From positions 744,001 to 808,000 of the forward strand of contig OZ251252.1 in the NCBI GenBank assembly GCA_965240325.2: a DNA stretch of 64,000 bases, written 5' to 3'. The stretch comes from Rebecca billardiae RCC1528 (lineage: Eukaryota > Protista > Haptophyta). The translations under genes were made by a program, and so were the position numbers. Shown in pieces: positions 24,760 to 35,710 of this stretch; the first letter of the stretch is position 1, and each line of letters opens with the position of its first letter. A model generated the notes under the pieces. The model worked only from the letters and a program-made list of their open reading frames with translations. It was not told the origin of the DNA and did no database searches.

Positions 24760-27066
24760 TTCGGCCGGCGGCGGCGACGGCGCCGCCGCGGCGGAGTCCG
24801 CCGCGGAGTCCGCCGCGGCGGCGGCGGCGGCGGCGGCACAGCGCCCGACCGCCGCCAGCGACGCGCGGCGCACCGCCTCCGCCGCGGCCTCGGCGGCGGC
24901 GGCGCTCACCGGCGGCGCCTCTCCCGGCCACTGCCGCGCAGCCGCCGCCGCACCCGCCGCGGCGGCCTCACTTGCGCACGCCGGAGCGCGCGGCGGCGGC
25001 GGCGGCGGCGGCGCGCCAGCCTGCGGCTGCGGCGAGTGCGGCGAGCGCGCGGCGGGCGGCGGTGGCGGGAGCGGCGGGCGCGGCACCAGCGCCACGACGG
25101 CGCGCGGCGCTGGTGCCGCCGACTCGGCGGCGCCACCATGCGGCGGCGTCGCCGCCGCCGCGGACGCGGACGCGGCGCGCGGCCGCGCCGCCGGCGCGTG
25201 CGCGGGCGCCGGCGCCGGCGCCGCCGGGCAGACTAGCGGCTCGGCTGCGGGCTGGGCGGCGTGCACGACGACAACGGCGGGCGCGTGCTGCGCCGCGCGC
25301 CCCACGCGCCGCGCGCGCGCGCCCGCCCCCGCCGAGCCAGCAGCCCCCGACTGTGCCCGCGCCGCTTCGGCCGCGCCGCCGCCGCCTCGAGTCGGCTTGA
25401 GTGCGCGCCACGCGGCGACGCGGCGCGCGCCGAGCGCGGCCGCGCACGCGGCGGAGGCGGCGAGGGAGGGGCGCGCGGAGGAGGCGGAGGCGGCGGAGGA
25501 GCCGTCCGAGCGGAACGACGACGCGGCGGACGAGCCGCTTGGCTCGGAGCCGCCGTGCGCCGCACCGCCGCCCTCGGCCTCGGCAGCGCCGCCGGCAGCA
25601 TGGCCGCCGGCAGCATGGCCGCCGGCAGCATGGCCGCCGCCAGTGCCCGGCGGCGCGCCGCCGCCGTCGCCGCGGCGGTCGCCGCTGTGGCGCGCGGCGG
25701 CGGCGGCGCGCGGCGCGCTGAGCGCTGGGCTAAGGCCGCTGCGCCGCGCGCCGCGCTCGGCCGGGCTGCCGCGCGCCGCGGCGGCGCACGCGCCGCCGCG
25801 CCCGCCGGCGCCGCCGCACCGCAGCGCCGGCGTGGACGCGGGCCGATCGTCGGCTGCGGCGGCGCGCGCGGCGGCGCGCGCAGGCGGCGGCGGCGTCGTC
25901 GGGCTGTGCCAGCCGAGCCGCAGCGGTGATGGCATTGGCGGCGGCGGCGCGCCGCCCGCCGCGCCCGCCGCCGCCGCGGCCCGCGCCGCCGCCGAGCCGT
26001 CCGGGCTCTCCGGCGCGTGGCCGAACGCGGCGAGCGTGTCCGCGTCGCCGAGCGAGATTGCAATCTCGAGCGGGATGGCGGCGGCGGCGTCGGCGGCGCG
26101 CGCACGCTTCAGCTGCGGCGCCAGTCGAATCAGCGCCGCGCACGCCGCCGCGGCGCCGTGGCGCGCCGCCAGGTGTAGCGCCGTGTTGCCCGCGTGCGTG
26201 CGCGCGCCCAGGTGGGCGCCCTCGCGCGCGAGCGCCTCGACGCAGAGCGCGTGGTCCCACATCGCCGCGAGGTGCAGTGCGCACTCTCCGCCGTCGCGCA
26301 TCGCAACGCCGCCGGCTTGTGCCGGCGGCGCGGCGCTGCGCGCGGCGGCGGCGCGCGCGCCGCGTGGCGCGGGCGCGCGGGCGGCGGCGGGCTGTGCGGC
26401 GCACGCGCGGCACAGCGGCGCGCCGTCGGCGCCCGCCTCGTCGGCGCCGCCGTCGGCTCCACGCGCGCACTCACACCCGCCAACCCCGCTGCCGCCGCCG
26501 CGGCCGCTCGCCGTCAGTCGGTCGTCCGCGCACGCGCCGCGCGAGACGAGCAGTCGAATTGAATGGCAGTTGCCGACGCAGCTCGCGCAGAGGAGCGGGG
26601 TCCAGCCGTCGGGGGGCGCGCGCGCGGTGGCGTCGGCGGAGTACCACAGGAGCGCCTGCACGATCGCCGAGCGGCCGCACAGCGCCGCCACGTGCAGCGC
26701 GCTCCACGCGCCCGCGCGCGCGCACGCGGGCGCGCCGGCGGCGAGCGCGCAGCGGACACCTTCCAGGTCGCCCGCGGCGCACGCGGCGAAGAGGGCGTAG
26801 CGCGGGTCGTCGGGGTGCCAGCCGTCGGGCGTCTCGGGCAGCTCGATCCGCGGCACGAGCAGCCGCGGGTCCTCCCACTCCACCTCGCCGCCGGCGCCGC
26901 CGCGCGTCGGCGCGCCACCGCCGCTGAGCGCGAGATCGCACCGCGCGCGCCGCGCCGAGGCGCGCGCGGCGGGCGAGGCGAGGAAGAGGGCGCGGCGCGC
27001 GCGCGCGTTGCCGCGGTTGAGCACCGCGAGCGGCGACTCCGCGTCCGGCGTGACGAGGAGCGGCAT
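11665..27066 (-). CDS. Giant (~5100 aa) protein: N-terminal ankyrin repeats plus long Ala/Arg-rich Trp-periodic (Sfi1-like) repeats
   Basis: Ankyrin motifs WSALHVAA, GWTPLLCA, ECALHLAA, GNTALHLAA; dozens of (A/L)LRxW(A/R) units; motif ARAHAAWRRAAAAW in 8 copies. Between ~23640 and ~22810 the repeat reads in an adjacent frame. Confidence 0.75.
16730..18570. repeat. Near-identical internal duplication (~540 bp, offset 1305 bp) within the giant gene
   Basis: 16730-17265 matches 18035-18570; CACCGCAGCAGCGCAGCGCTGGCGGCAGGCGACGACC and CCACTGCGCG are both offset by 1305. Confidence 0.85.
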
Positions 27067-27406
27067 GCTCTCTCCGTCCGCGCGCAGCCGGCAGGGCAGG
27101 CGGCAGCAGCAGCAGGCTGGCCGCGCCTCGTCGGATGCACAGCGCAGCAGCCGCCCGGCGGCGGCTTGCTGTTTTGATGGCGGCTGGGCCGCTGGAGCAA
27201 ATGTTTGTTTTGGCTGTTACACCGGTGTACACGCGCAAAGTCTGTTACGCGCACCTTCCAGACGCGCGCGCGAATTCGGACCAGCTTCCTCCGCGTCACG
27301 CCGCGCGCCCCGCCCTTGCGCGATCGGCGATGGCGGCCGTGCCCGGCCGACGATGTCGTGAGCGGCAGTCGTGCAATCCTGCCGCGCCGATCGCGCCCGC
27401 CCCCGC

Positions 27407-29852
27407 TCACGCGCCGCCCGCGCCCTCCATCGAGTCCTCGCGCACGTACTTGCCCAGCTCGAACTTGATGTTCGCCGCCACGCGATACACGAGCTCCGCC
27501 GGCGCGTCGCAGCGGAAGCGGAGCGAGTCGAGCTGCTCGGGCGCCGACGCGCGCGAGATCAGGCCGAGATCGGCGAGCGAGGTGAGGTGCATGAGCGCGG
27601 GCGGGCCGAGGGGGAGCGCGTCCCCCTGCCCCACCGCGCCGTACACCGCGAGCAGCCGCTCGAACGGGAACGCCGCAGGCGCCGCACACGCAGCACTCGT
27701 CTCATGCGCGGCGCTTGTAGGGTCGACGCCGCCGCCGCCGCGCGCGCGCGCGCGCTTGCGCCGCGGGGCGCGGATGGCGGTGCCGAAGAGCGCGGCGTCG
27801 TGGCGTGCGGGCACGCGCGACGCGATGAACGCCGCGATGAGCAGCTGCTTGCTCTGCAGCGGTAGCTCCAGCCGGTCCGAGCGCTGCGGCGCCGCCGCGG
27901 CCGCGGCGGCCGCGGCCGCGCCGCCGAGGGGCGCCGCCGCGCGCGCGCCGCCCGCCGAGGCCGAGGCCGCCGCCGCCGCGCTCGCGAGCGACGCGCCCTC
28001 GTCGATCGAGCCGGTGTACAGCGCCAGGCTCGTCGCCTTGAGCTGCGGGCGCAGCCGCGCGAGCAGCGTGTGCATCGCCCGCTCCGCGCGCGGCCCGCCG
28101 CCGCCGCCGCCGCCGACGCCACCGTCAGTGCCGCCGCCGCCGCCGCCGACGCCGCCGCCGGTGGTGGGGGTGGCGGCGGCGGGCAGCAGCGGCAGCACGC
28201 ACGTCTCGAAGAGGGCGGGCGCGCGCGCGAGGAGGACGGGCAGCTCGCACGTCTGCTCCACCGCGCACGCGACGAACGCGCGCACGAAGTGCTCCCACTC
28301 TGCGAAACCGTTACGGATACCGTTACGTAAGCCGTTACAGGGACCGTTCCAGGTACGGGTCCAGCCGCAGAGGCCGCCGCGGGTGCGGCCGCAGACAAGC
28401 GCAGCAGCGGCCGCAGCAGCGGCAGGGCGGGGCCGGGGAGCGCGCGCGCGGGGGCAGCCGCGGTGAGCACTCGCCGCGAGCGCGCGCGCGCGCGCGCGCA
28501 CGCGCCGCCGCGCGCGCCGCGCCGCCGCCGCCCCCCGAGCGCAAGGCCCCGCGCCCCCCCGCGCGCGGGCAGCACGCACCCGCCGGGTGCGCGCGGATCG
28601 CCGCCGCGAGCCGCTCGCCGCCCACGCCCGTGCCCACCACCGCGCCGCTCCGGCCGGCATGCAGAATGATGCCGATCAGCTCCGCCTCTGAATAGCTGCT
28701 GAACCGAATCGCGCGAAGCGCGTGCGCGCCGCCCCACAGCGCTCGGCCGACGGCCCAGTGCGCGCGGCTGACGAAGACCTGCGCAGGGCGACCGGGGGGA
28801 GCGCGCGGCGCGTGGGGCACGGGCCGCACTCAGCGACCGCCGGCGCGTACCGTGCGCGCGCGCACGCACGCGCGCGGGCCGCGCGGCGCGCGGCGCGCGG
28901 GCGCGGTGTGTGTGTGCGGGCGCGCGCGGCGCGGCGCGGCGCGGCGCGCGCACGGGGCAAACATTGGCGCCGGCGCAGAGCGTGGAGAGGCTGAGCAGCG
29001 CGGGGACGAGCGTGCTCGCGCGCTTCACCGGCAGCTCCGCCAGCCGCTCCGCGCGCTCGAACACGACGTAGCACGTGGGCGGCGGCGGCGCGCGCGGCGC
29101 GCCGTCGCGCGCGCCCGCGCCGCCGCCGCCGCCGCCGGCCGCCGCCTCCGCCGCCTCGGCGGCGGCGTGGTCGACGCCGAAGCGGCGGCTGAGGAAGGCG
29201 CGGAGCTCGTTGAGGCCGTCGCCGCGCATCGCGACGCGCTCGGCGCGCTTCGCCCCGCCCTCGCCCGCGCCGCCCTCCGCGCGCTCGGGCGTGGTCACAG
29301 GCTGGCCGGCGGCCGCGGCCGGCGCCGCCGCCGGCACCGCGGCCGGCGCGCGCCGCGCCGGCCGCGACGGCGTGTCCAGGCGCAGCGCGTCCGGGTGCTC
29401 GTCCTCGTGCGCGTCGGGCGCGCTGCGCACACCGCCCGGCACGCCCGGCCCCGCGCCCCCCGCCTCGCCGCCCTCCGCCAGCTGCGCGCGGATCTCGGCA
29501 GCCATGGATTTGACTGTGGGGCACAGGGCGAGGTTCACGATGGCGTGGGGGGCGCGCGAGGCCTCGAGCAGGTCGCGCAGCACGCTCGACTTGCCGCAGC
29601 CCGCGGGCCCGTGCAGCAGGAGCGGCGGCACCGGGTCGTGCGGCTGCGCCCCGCCACGTTGCGCGCGCGCGCGCGCGCGCGGCGCGCGAGGTGAGCGCAT
29701 GCGCGCGCGCGCGCGCGCGCGCGCGCGTTTCGGCCGCGCAAGCGCGGCGCCCGGCGGCGCACCTCGCCCATCAGCATCGCCAGCTCGCGCGTCTGCGCCT
29801 CACGCCCCGGCCAGCGCGCCGCCACCTCCGCCACCACGCTCTCGCTCACCAT
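27407..29852 (-). CDS. ORC5: Origin recognition complex subunit 5; exons 29852-29763, 29643-28954, 28778-28580, 28299-27407
   Basis: WPGREAQ..L N-terminus, Walker A GPAGCGKS, YVVFERAERL, IRFSSYS; C-terminal ELPLQSKQLLIAAFIAS and PAAFPFERLLAVY; three GT-AG introns restore frame. Confidence 0.9.
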
Positions 29853-29933
29853 CGTCGTCGCTCGGTGGTCGGCTCTGCCTCGCGATGGCGCCTCGGCGCG
29901 TGCGTCTCGCGCGTTCGCGCCCAGGCGCGGCGC

Positions 29934-29956
29934 TTTGGCGCGCGAGTCGCGCCAAA
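29934..29956. promoter_or_regulatory. Inverted pair of E2F-type sites upstream of ORC5
   Basis: TTTGGCGC (29934-29941) and GCGCCAAA (29949-29956) match TTTSSCGC, 80-100 bp upstream of the ORC5 ATG. Confidence 0.6.
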
Positions 29957-30375
29957 CCCGGACTCATCAGAGTCCGGTAGCGGACGATTTCGGCCCTTCC
30001 CTTACACCGCGCTCGCGAACCGCAAGCAACACCGGTGATTGGATGGTGGTATGCAAATCGCGCGCACATGTATCTGTAGGAGTAGTGGCACCAAGGTTGT
30101 GCTGACTGACCTCGTGTCCATATGTCTGAGTCATTAGGGACCACCTACTTACGGCCATCAGCATCACCTCGACTCATCTCGGCTTCGTCCTGGCCAAATG
30201 CGCCCACGGCTCAAAGGCGCTGATTGGCTGAGGCGCGCACCGTCTTGAGTCGAAACTTCCGTGCACGACACCCGCCTCCGAACCGGCACTGCGCAGCGGC
30301 GCGCGCGACAAGCGGCCGCTTCACGCTGTCCCTTCAACACACGTGTGAATGAGCGCGCGCGGCACGCCGCGCGCG

Positions 30376-32670
30376 ATGGTGAGCAGCGGCACGTGGGACG
30401 CCCTGCCGCACGAGCTGCGCGTCCACGTGCTCGCCCACCTCGCCGAGCCCACGGACGTCGTGCGCGCCGGCTGCGCATGCCGCGAGCTCCAGGCGCTCGT
30501 CGAGCCCGCGCTGCGCGCGCGCGTGGAGGCGCTGGGCGTGGCGGCGCCCGGCGTGCTGCCCGCGGGCGAGGCGTCGTGGACCGCCTGGCTCTGCTGGCTC
30601 GAGCAGCGCGAGCGCGACCGCCGCGCCTCCGCGCCCTACACCGCGCGCGTGTGCGCGAACCTTTCCCACTCGCTCGTGGTGCTACCGCGGCGCGCGGCCG
30701 CGGCGGCGGCGCGCGCCGAGTCGGCGGCGGCGGCGGCGGCGGCGATGGCGCCCGACGAGCCGGACGCCTCCGAGGCGGCGAGCCCCGCCGAGTACACGCC
30801 GCCCGCCGCCATCGTCTACGCCTTCGGCAAGGGCACCGGCGGTCGGCTCGGACTCGGAGACGTGGACGCGCGCGAGCGGCCGACCCCGCTCGCGTCTCTG
30901 TCCGCGGCGGCCGGCGCGCCGTGCGTGGCGGTGGCGGCGGGCGACGCGTTCAGCCTGGCGCTCGACGCGGCGGGCGTCGTGTACGCCCTCGGACCCGGAG
31001 CCGCCGGCCCGCCCGCCGTGCACGGCGAGCTCGCCGGCGCCGCGGACGCGGCCGTGCCGCCGCCGCCCGTGCCGCGGCCGCTGGCCGCGCTCGGCGGCGC
31101 GCGCGTCGTCGCCATCTCCGCCGGGCACTCGCACGCGCTCGCCGCGTCGGCGGACGGGCACGTGTGGTCGTGGGGCGACGGCGCGTGCGGCAAGCTGGGC
31201 CACGGCGACGAGCTCGCGCGCGCGCAGCCCACGCGCATCGAGCACTGGGGGTGTGTACTGGCAGCCGCGGCGCGCGCCGCGCCGTCACCCAACCGCGTCA
31301 GCGGCGGCGGCGGCGGCGGCGGCGGCGCGCTCGTGGGCTCGCCCGCGCGGCCGCGCGCCGTGGTCGGCGCGGCGACCGAGCAGATCGTGGCGGTGGCGGC
31401 GGGCGGCCTGCACTCGCTCTTCGTCTCGGCGAGCGGCGCGCTCTGGTCCTGCGGCTTTGGCGGCTGGGGCGCCCTGGGCGTCGGTGACGCGTGCGACCGG
31501 CTGCGACCGACGCGGGTGCCGGGCCTTGGCCGCGCGGGCGCGCGCGCGCTCGCCGTGGCGGCGGGCGACGCGCACTCGCTCGTGCTTGCGACGGGCGCGC
31601 CGGCGGGTGAGCGTGGCGGCACGCGCGCGGCGAGGCGCGCGCGGAGCACCTCGCTGCCCGCGCCGCTGCCCGGGCCCGCGGCCGCGGCGACGCAGGGCAC
31701 GGCGCCGCACTCGGCAGCCGAGCCGGCCAAGCTGTCAGCGGCCAGTGCGCCCGCTGCGCCCGCGGCCGCAGCGGCCGGCGGCGCGGGCGCGGCGGCGCCG
31801 CCCGCGCGCAGCCCGGCGGCCATCCCGCCCTCCGTGTCGGCGCAGGAGCGCGCGGTGGCGAGCCACGGCGCTGCCGAGGCCGCGAGCTCGGCGGCCGAGT
31901 GGCGCCGCGGCGGCGGCGCCGCCGCGGCGGGCTCGCCCCCCAGTCTCGCGGCGCCGCGCGGCAGCGGCGTCGCACCGCCCGGCGCGGCGGGCGGCAGCGC
32001 GGGCGCGGGCGCGCGGTGCGAGGGTGCGGGCGCCGCGCCACCGCCGCTGCCCGCGCGCCCGCCGCGCGGCAGCACGCGCTGCGTCCTCGCCTTCGGCAAC
32101 GGCTGGAACGGCCGGCTCGGGCTGGGCGACCAGGAGCACCGCCTCAGCCCGGCGCGCGTGCGCGGCCTGCTAGGAGCCGATGGCATTCTGCCCGAGGGCC
32201 TTCTAGCCGATGCCGATGCGGCTGACGAATCCGGGCGCGGGCCTGACGAGGGCGGGCGCGGCGCGGTGCCGGTCGCGGTGGCCGCGGGCGGCGCGCACTC
32301 GCTCGTGGCGCTCTCGGACGGCCGGCTCGTGTCCTGGGGCTTTGGCTGGTCCGGGCAGCTTGGCCTCGGCGACGAGACGACGAGGCTGGCGCCGTCGCGG
32401 CTCGCGCCGCTGCCGGGCGGCGCGCGCGCGGTCTCGGTCGCCGCGGGCGGCGTGCACTCGCTCGCGCTCTGCGCCGACGGCTCCGTGTACTCGTGGGGCT
32501 CCGGGCTCGGCGGCCGGCTCGGCCGCGACGCGCCGTCGCGCTGCGCCAACCTGCCCGCGCGCGTGCGCGTGCCCGTCGCCGAGCCGGAGGCTGCGGGCGC
32601 GGCGGCGGACGGCGCCGACGTGGCTCCGCCCGCCGGGGCGCCGGTCGCCATGCCCATGGCCGGGGGCTGA
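30376..32670 (+). CDS. F-box protein with RCC1 repeats
   Basis: WDALPHELRVHVLAHL F-box; repeated VAAGxxHSL and WGxGxxGxLGLGD RCC1 motifs. Confidence 0.9.
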   Translation: MVSSGTWDALPHELRVHVLAHLAEPTDVVRAGCACRELQALVEPALRARVEALGVAAPGVLPAGEASWTAWLCWLEQRERDRRASAPYTARVCANLSHSLVVLPRRAAAAAARAESAAAAAAAMAPDEPDASEAASPAEYTPPAAIVYAFGKGTGGRLGLGDVDARERPTPLASLSAAAGAPCVAVAAGDAFSLALDAAGVVYALGPGAAGPPAVHGELAGAADAAVPPPPVPRPLAALGGARVVAISAGHSHALAASADGHVWSWGDGACGKLGHGDELARAQPTRIEHWGCVLAAAARAAPSPNRVSGGGGGGGGALVGSPARPRAVVGAATEQIVAVAAGGLHSLFVSASGALWSCGFGGWGALGVGDACDRLRPTRVPGLGRAGARALAVAAGDAHSLVLATGAPAGERGGTRAARRARSTSLPAPLPGPAAAATQGTAPHSAAEPAKLSAASAPAAPAAAAAGGAGAAAPPARSPAAIPPSVSAQERAVASHGAAEAASSAAEWRRGGGAAAAGSPPSLAAPRGSGVAPPGAAGGSAGAGARCEGAGAAPPPLPARPPRGSTRCVLAFGNGWNGRLGLGDQEHRLSPARVRGLLGADGILPEGLLADADAADESGRGPDEGGRGAVPVAVAAGGAHSLVALSDGRLVSWGFGWSGQLGLGDETTRLAPSRLAPLPGGARAVSVAAGGVHSLALCADGSVYSWGSGLGGRLGRDAPSRCANLPARVRVPVAEPEAAGAAADGADVAPPAGAPVAMPMAGG

Positions 32671-33033
32671 GGCAGCATGGCGGATCGCACCCGTTGGGCA
32701 CTGGTCACCCGCCGACGCACTGCGTGTACTCACTGCCTGCCTACTGCCGGATACGTCACGCGCTGTCACGCAGATACGGACCTTTAGTCCTTTTGAATTC
32801 GTCGACTAATACTAGGCTGGACCGACCACTTTAAATTATTATAAAAATAAGAAAGAGTAAGTCTGTAAGTGACTCGCGGCTGAGCCTTCAGAGACTACGG
32901 TGGAACCCGGATGACCAACCGGAGTGAAGCCGGACGCCGTGTTGAGGGTCCGGGCCGAGCAAAGTGGACAACGGCCGCCGACCCGCTCGAGCGACCGTGG
33001 CGAGGGGCGAGTGCACCACCCGCGGCCGTGGCG

Positions 33034-34000
33034 ATGAAGCGGCGTGAAGCGCCCTGCGAGCGCGCGCTCTTTGCTCACGACGCGAGCGTGATCACGTACG
33101 GGCGTACCAAGACGTCAACCCAGCCGACCGACGTGGACTTGGACGTGGGCAACGCGCAGGCCGACGCCCAGTGGCACGACGTGTTGGAGATGCCCGCGGC
33201 CTCCCAGGCAGCGGCTGCACCGCCGCCGGGCGGAGGATCCTCGCAAGATGAGCCCGCCGCGGCACTCGTCGTGCGTCGGCAAGCACTCGTATGGCGCACA
33301 ATCACACGCTGAATGCGTCCCACGAGCCGAACTTCCCGCTCGCCGCGGATGCTGTGACAAGGACGGTCCGGTGGCTCGGTCGTCGGAGGCGGAGCAGACA
33401 AACGCGAACGTGTCCCAGCAGCCCAACCTTGACCAGGCGCGCACCCCGTCTAGCCGGGGCGAGGGGCTTCTGATCGACGGCCAGCCGATCGGCATTCGCG
33501 GGTACGCTGATTGTTGCCATCGTCGTGGCTTCAGGGCATCGCCGGCGGCCTGCCAGTGCCATCGGTGATGCCCTTGACTCGGTCACTGAGACAGACGACT
33601 GACTGACGAGCACGGTCGTCAGTTGCCCCTGGCGAGATATGTGACATATTTTTGATCACATATTCCCAGCGTGAATCTGCGAAGGGATATTTTTCACATA
33701 TCTTGCTGCAATATCTCACTGGGGCATCCTGCATCCAGACGCCGCGGAGTCGCCGCGTCCACTTCCGAACGGTTTCACGGGTCCGCCGACAGGTCCGCAG
33801 ACGTCCGCAGAGAGTCAGTCTAGACCCGCGCCGATCGACCGCGACATCCACTCCACGCCGAGACCGCGGTCTCGACCAGAACGACAAGCCTCTGGCAGTC
33901 GGCCAGTTCGTCGAGGACGACATCTTCGGCACTAGGGACCGTTTAGGGGACGCTTCGAGCTGCTCCCGAGACTGCTCGGCGAGGCCTGGTACGAGCATCT
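33034..34000 (+). pseudogene. Fragmented coding-like remnant, interrupted by a small foldback insert
   Basis: Protein-like pieces in shifting frames (MKRREAPCERALFAHDASVITYG..., NVSQQPNLDQ..., LDQNDKPLAVGQFVEDDIFG) with stops; no family recognised. Confidence 0.3.
33624..33726. mobile_element. ~100-bp AT-rich foldback/MITE-like insert
   Basis: TGCCCCTGGCGAGATAT ... ATATCTCACTGGGGCA imperfect inverted ends; no clear TSD. Confidence 0.5.
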
Positions 34001-34509
34001 GACGAGGCCAGACGACTGGCCTTATTCCTTAACGTTGTGAGTACGGTGTGACACGACAAGGCGTGAGAGTTAGGACTGCGCGCTCGCGGGCGCGCGCGCG
34101 GGTCCGCATATTCATTTGGCCATAGCCATGTATGTAGCCCCTGGCGCCGTCCATCACGGACACGACCAACGGCAACTGCCGTCATCGTTATTCATTATTC
34201 GTTGGCGCGCCGCGGACGGCGAAGCGGGTTCAGCTCGGCCGTCCGGGTCAGTCAGTGACGCACTCTGACTCAGTGTGGCGAGTGCGCGTGCCGGTCGCCC
34301 GCGCTCATAATTATTATAGCAACGACGAATAATACTATTACTAAACTCTGCCCTGGCGGGCGGGGGGGTCGGCGGGCCGTGCCAGTGCTGTCGCAATATT
34401 TCCCCAGCGGGTTCGCGCCTTTTATTTAGCGGTTTGACGGGCAGGATGACGAATAACAATGCGACACACAGATGATGGTGAGCTACGACCTGACTCACTG
34501 ACGAATAAT

Positions 34510-35493
34510 AACGCGACAGCATCTCCTCCTGCCGCCAGCTGAGATCGTGTGTCGCGAGGATGCCGATGTCCGCTCCGGGCACGATGGGCTCGGCGAAGGT
34601 CGCGTCGGCGTCGTGCACGGCCGCCACGCTGCGCAACAACGCGTCCAGGTCCAAGCGCTCGTCGGCGCTCGCCGCTTCGCGCGCGACAGGTCCGGCACCC
34701 ACACGTTCGGCGGTATCAGGAGCTGTCGGCGGTGCGCGCGCGCGCAGTGCGAGAGCGTGTGCCACTCGCGATCGAGGGTGGGCACGCGCTGCTCGAGCAG
34801 GCACAGGAAGCGCAGCGCATGTGCCACTGGCTTCACGACGTCGGCCTCGTCCCGCAGCGCTCGTGACATGGTGGAGGATGGGGCGACAATGTTGCACGCT
34901 CGGCGTTTCAGCTCGTCGCGGATGCGCCTCTGGGATCGGTCATACTGTAGCGCTGTGCGACGAGGGCCGCCGAGTCGCCAAGACGCGGTTCCTGCCACGG
35001 CGACAGACACGGCAGCTGCGTTCGCTGCGCCTCGTACGCCGCTTTGCGCTGCGCCTCCGTCGCATTGGTCACCGTCGACGCCATGCTGAAGGCCGGACGT
35101 GGGCTTTCGGCTGTGAGGGACCGCGAGCGCCGAGCGATCTTTGGCCGCGATCGCGAAAGATGATCGCCGGGACAAGGGCCGGCCCTTCGGCTTGGCCGGG
35201 AACTGGTACAGCTGTAGCAAACGGATTTGCATGCGCCCGGCTTTGAGAAGTTGTGGCACGCGACAGTCCGGTGCGCCGTTTCCGGCGATCGAGTTCAGAA
35301 GGCCGCGCCAAAGCTTGCGTCGCGTGCGATGGCGCTTCCCGCCCGCGAGACGCCTCATGATGAGGGCCTTTCCGCACCGAGCCCGACGCGCGACGGTGGA
35401 TCGCGCGAGGTGGTTGTCGTGCGCAGCGCTTAATACTATGGCTCGTGCGAGCGCTCGACGTGTAAGTCGGGCGAGGACCGCCCCAGGTCGCAC
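34510..35493 (-). pseudogene. Frameshifted, 3'-truncated RAG1-like/Transib-like transposase fragment (tentative)
   Basis: Ordered motifs RPGAVLARLTRRA, AALVAQRYSMTD/QRRIRDELK, ALRDEADVVKPVAHALRF, RLDLDALLRSV, IGILATHD resemble RAG1 NBD, DDBD, pre-RNaseH and first catalytic strand; needs about three frame changes; by-eye alignment only. Confidence 0.4.
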
Positions 35494-35710
35494 GATCGTG
35501 TCGACGCGCCGAGCGTACCTCCAAACGCGTCGACTTTGGCCCTCGTTCGACCTGCACGCGAGACGACGAGGGCAGCAATCGCGAATCGGGCGAAAACACG
35601 TCTAGGGAATCATCTCACGATGTCCGCGCCGGCGTTGGATTTGGCGCGCGCCACCCACGCGCTCCGCGCCATCGGGAAGATGGTTTTCGGCCGAGCGTCC
35701 CCAGTGGGTA

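Noticed and set aside
11546-26800. Very long antisense and alternate-frame ORFs over the giant gene (e.g. 14569-19974 +, 14639-21433 +)
   Set aside because: Stop codons are rare at this GC content; the translations are featureless Arg/Ala/Pro shadows. Only part of 17648-24583 (-) is meaningful, as the frameshifted segment
30376-32670. UVR8 photoreceptor
   Set aside because: RCC1 repeats are present but the GWRHT tryptophan motifs are absent, and there is an F-box
33717-35706. CACTGGGG at 33717 as the partner TIR of the 35706 terminus
   Set aside because: Only 8 bp match, no TSD, and it is better explained as part of the 33624-33726 foldback
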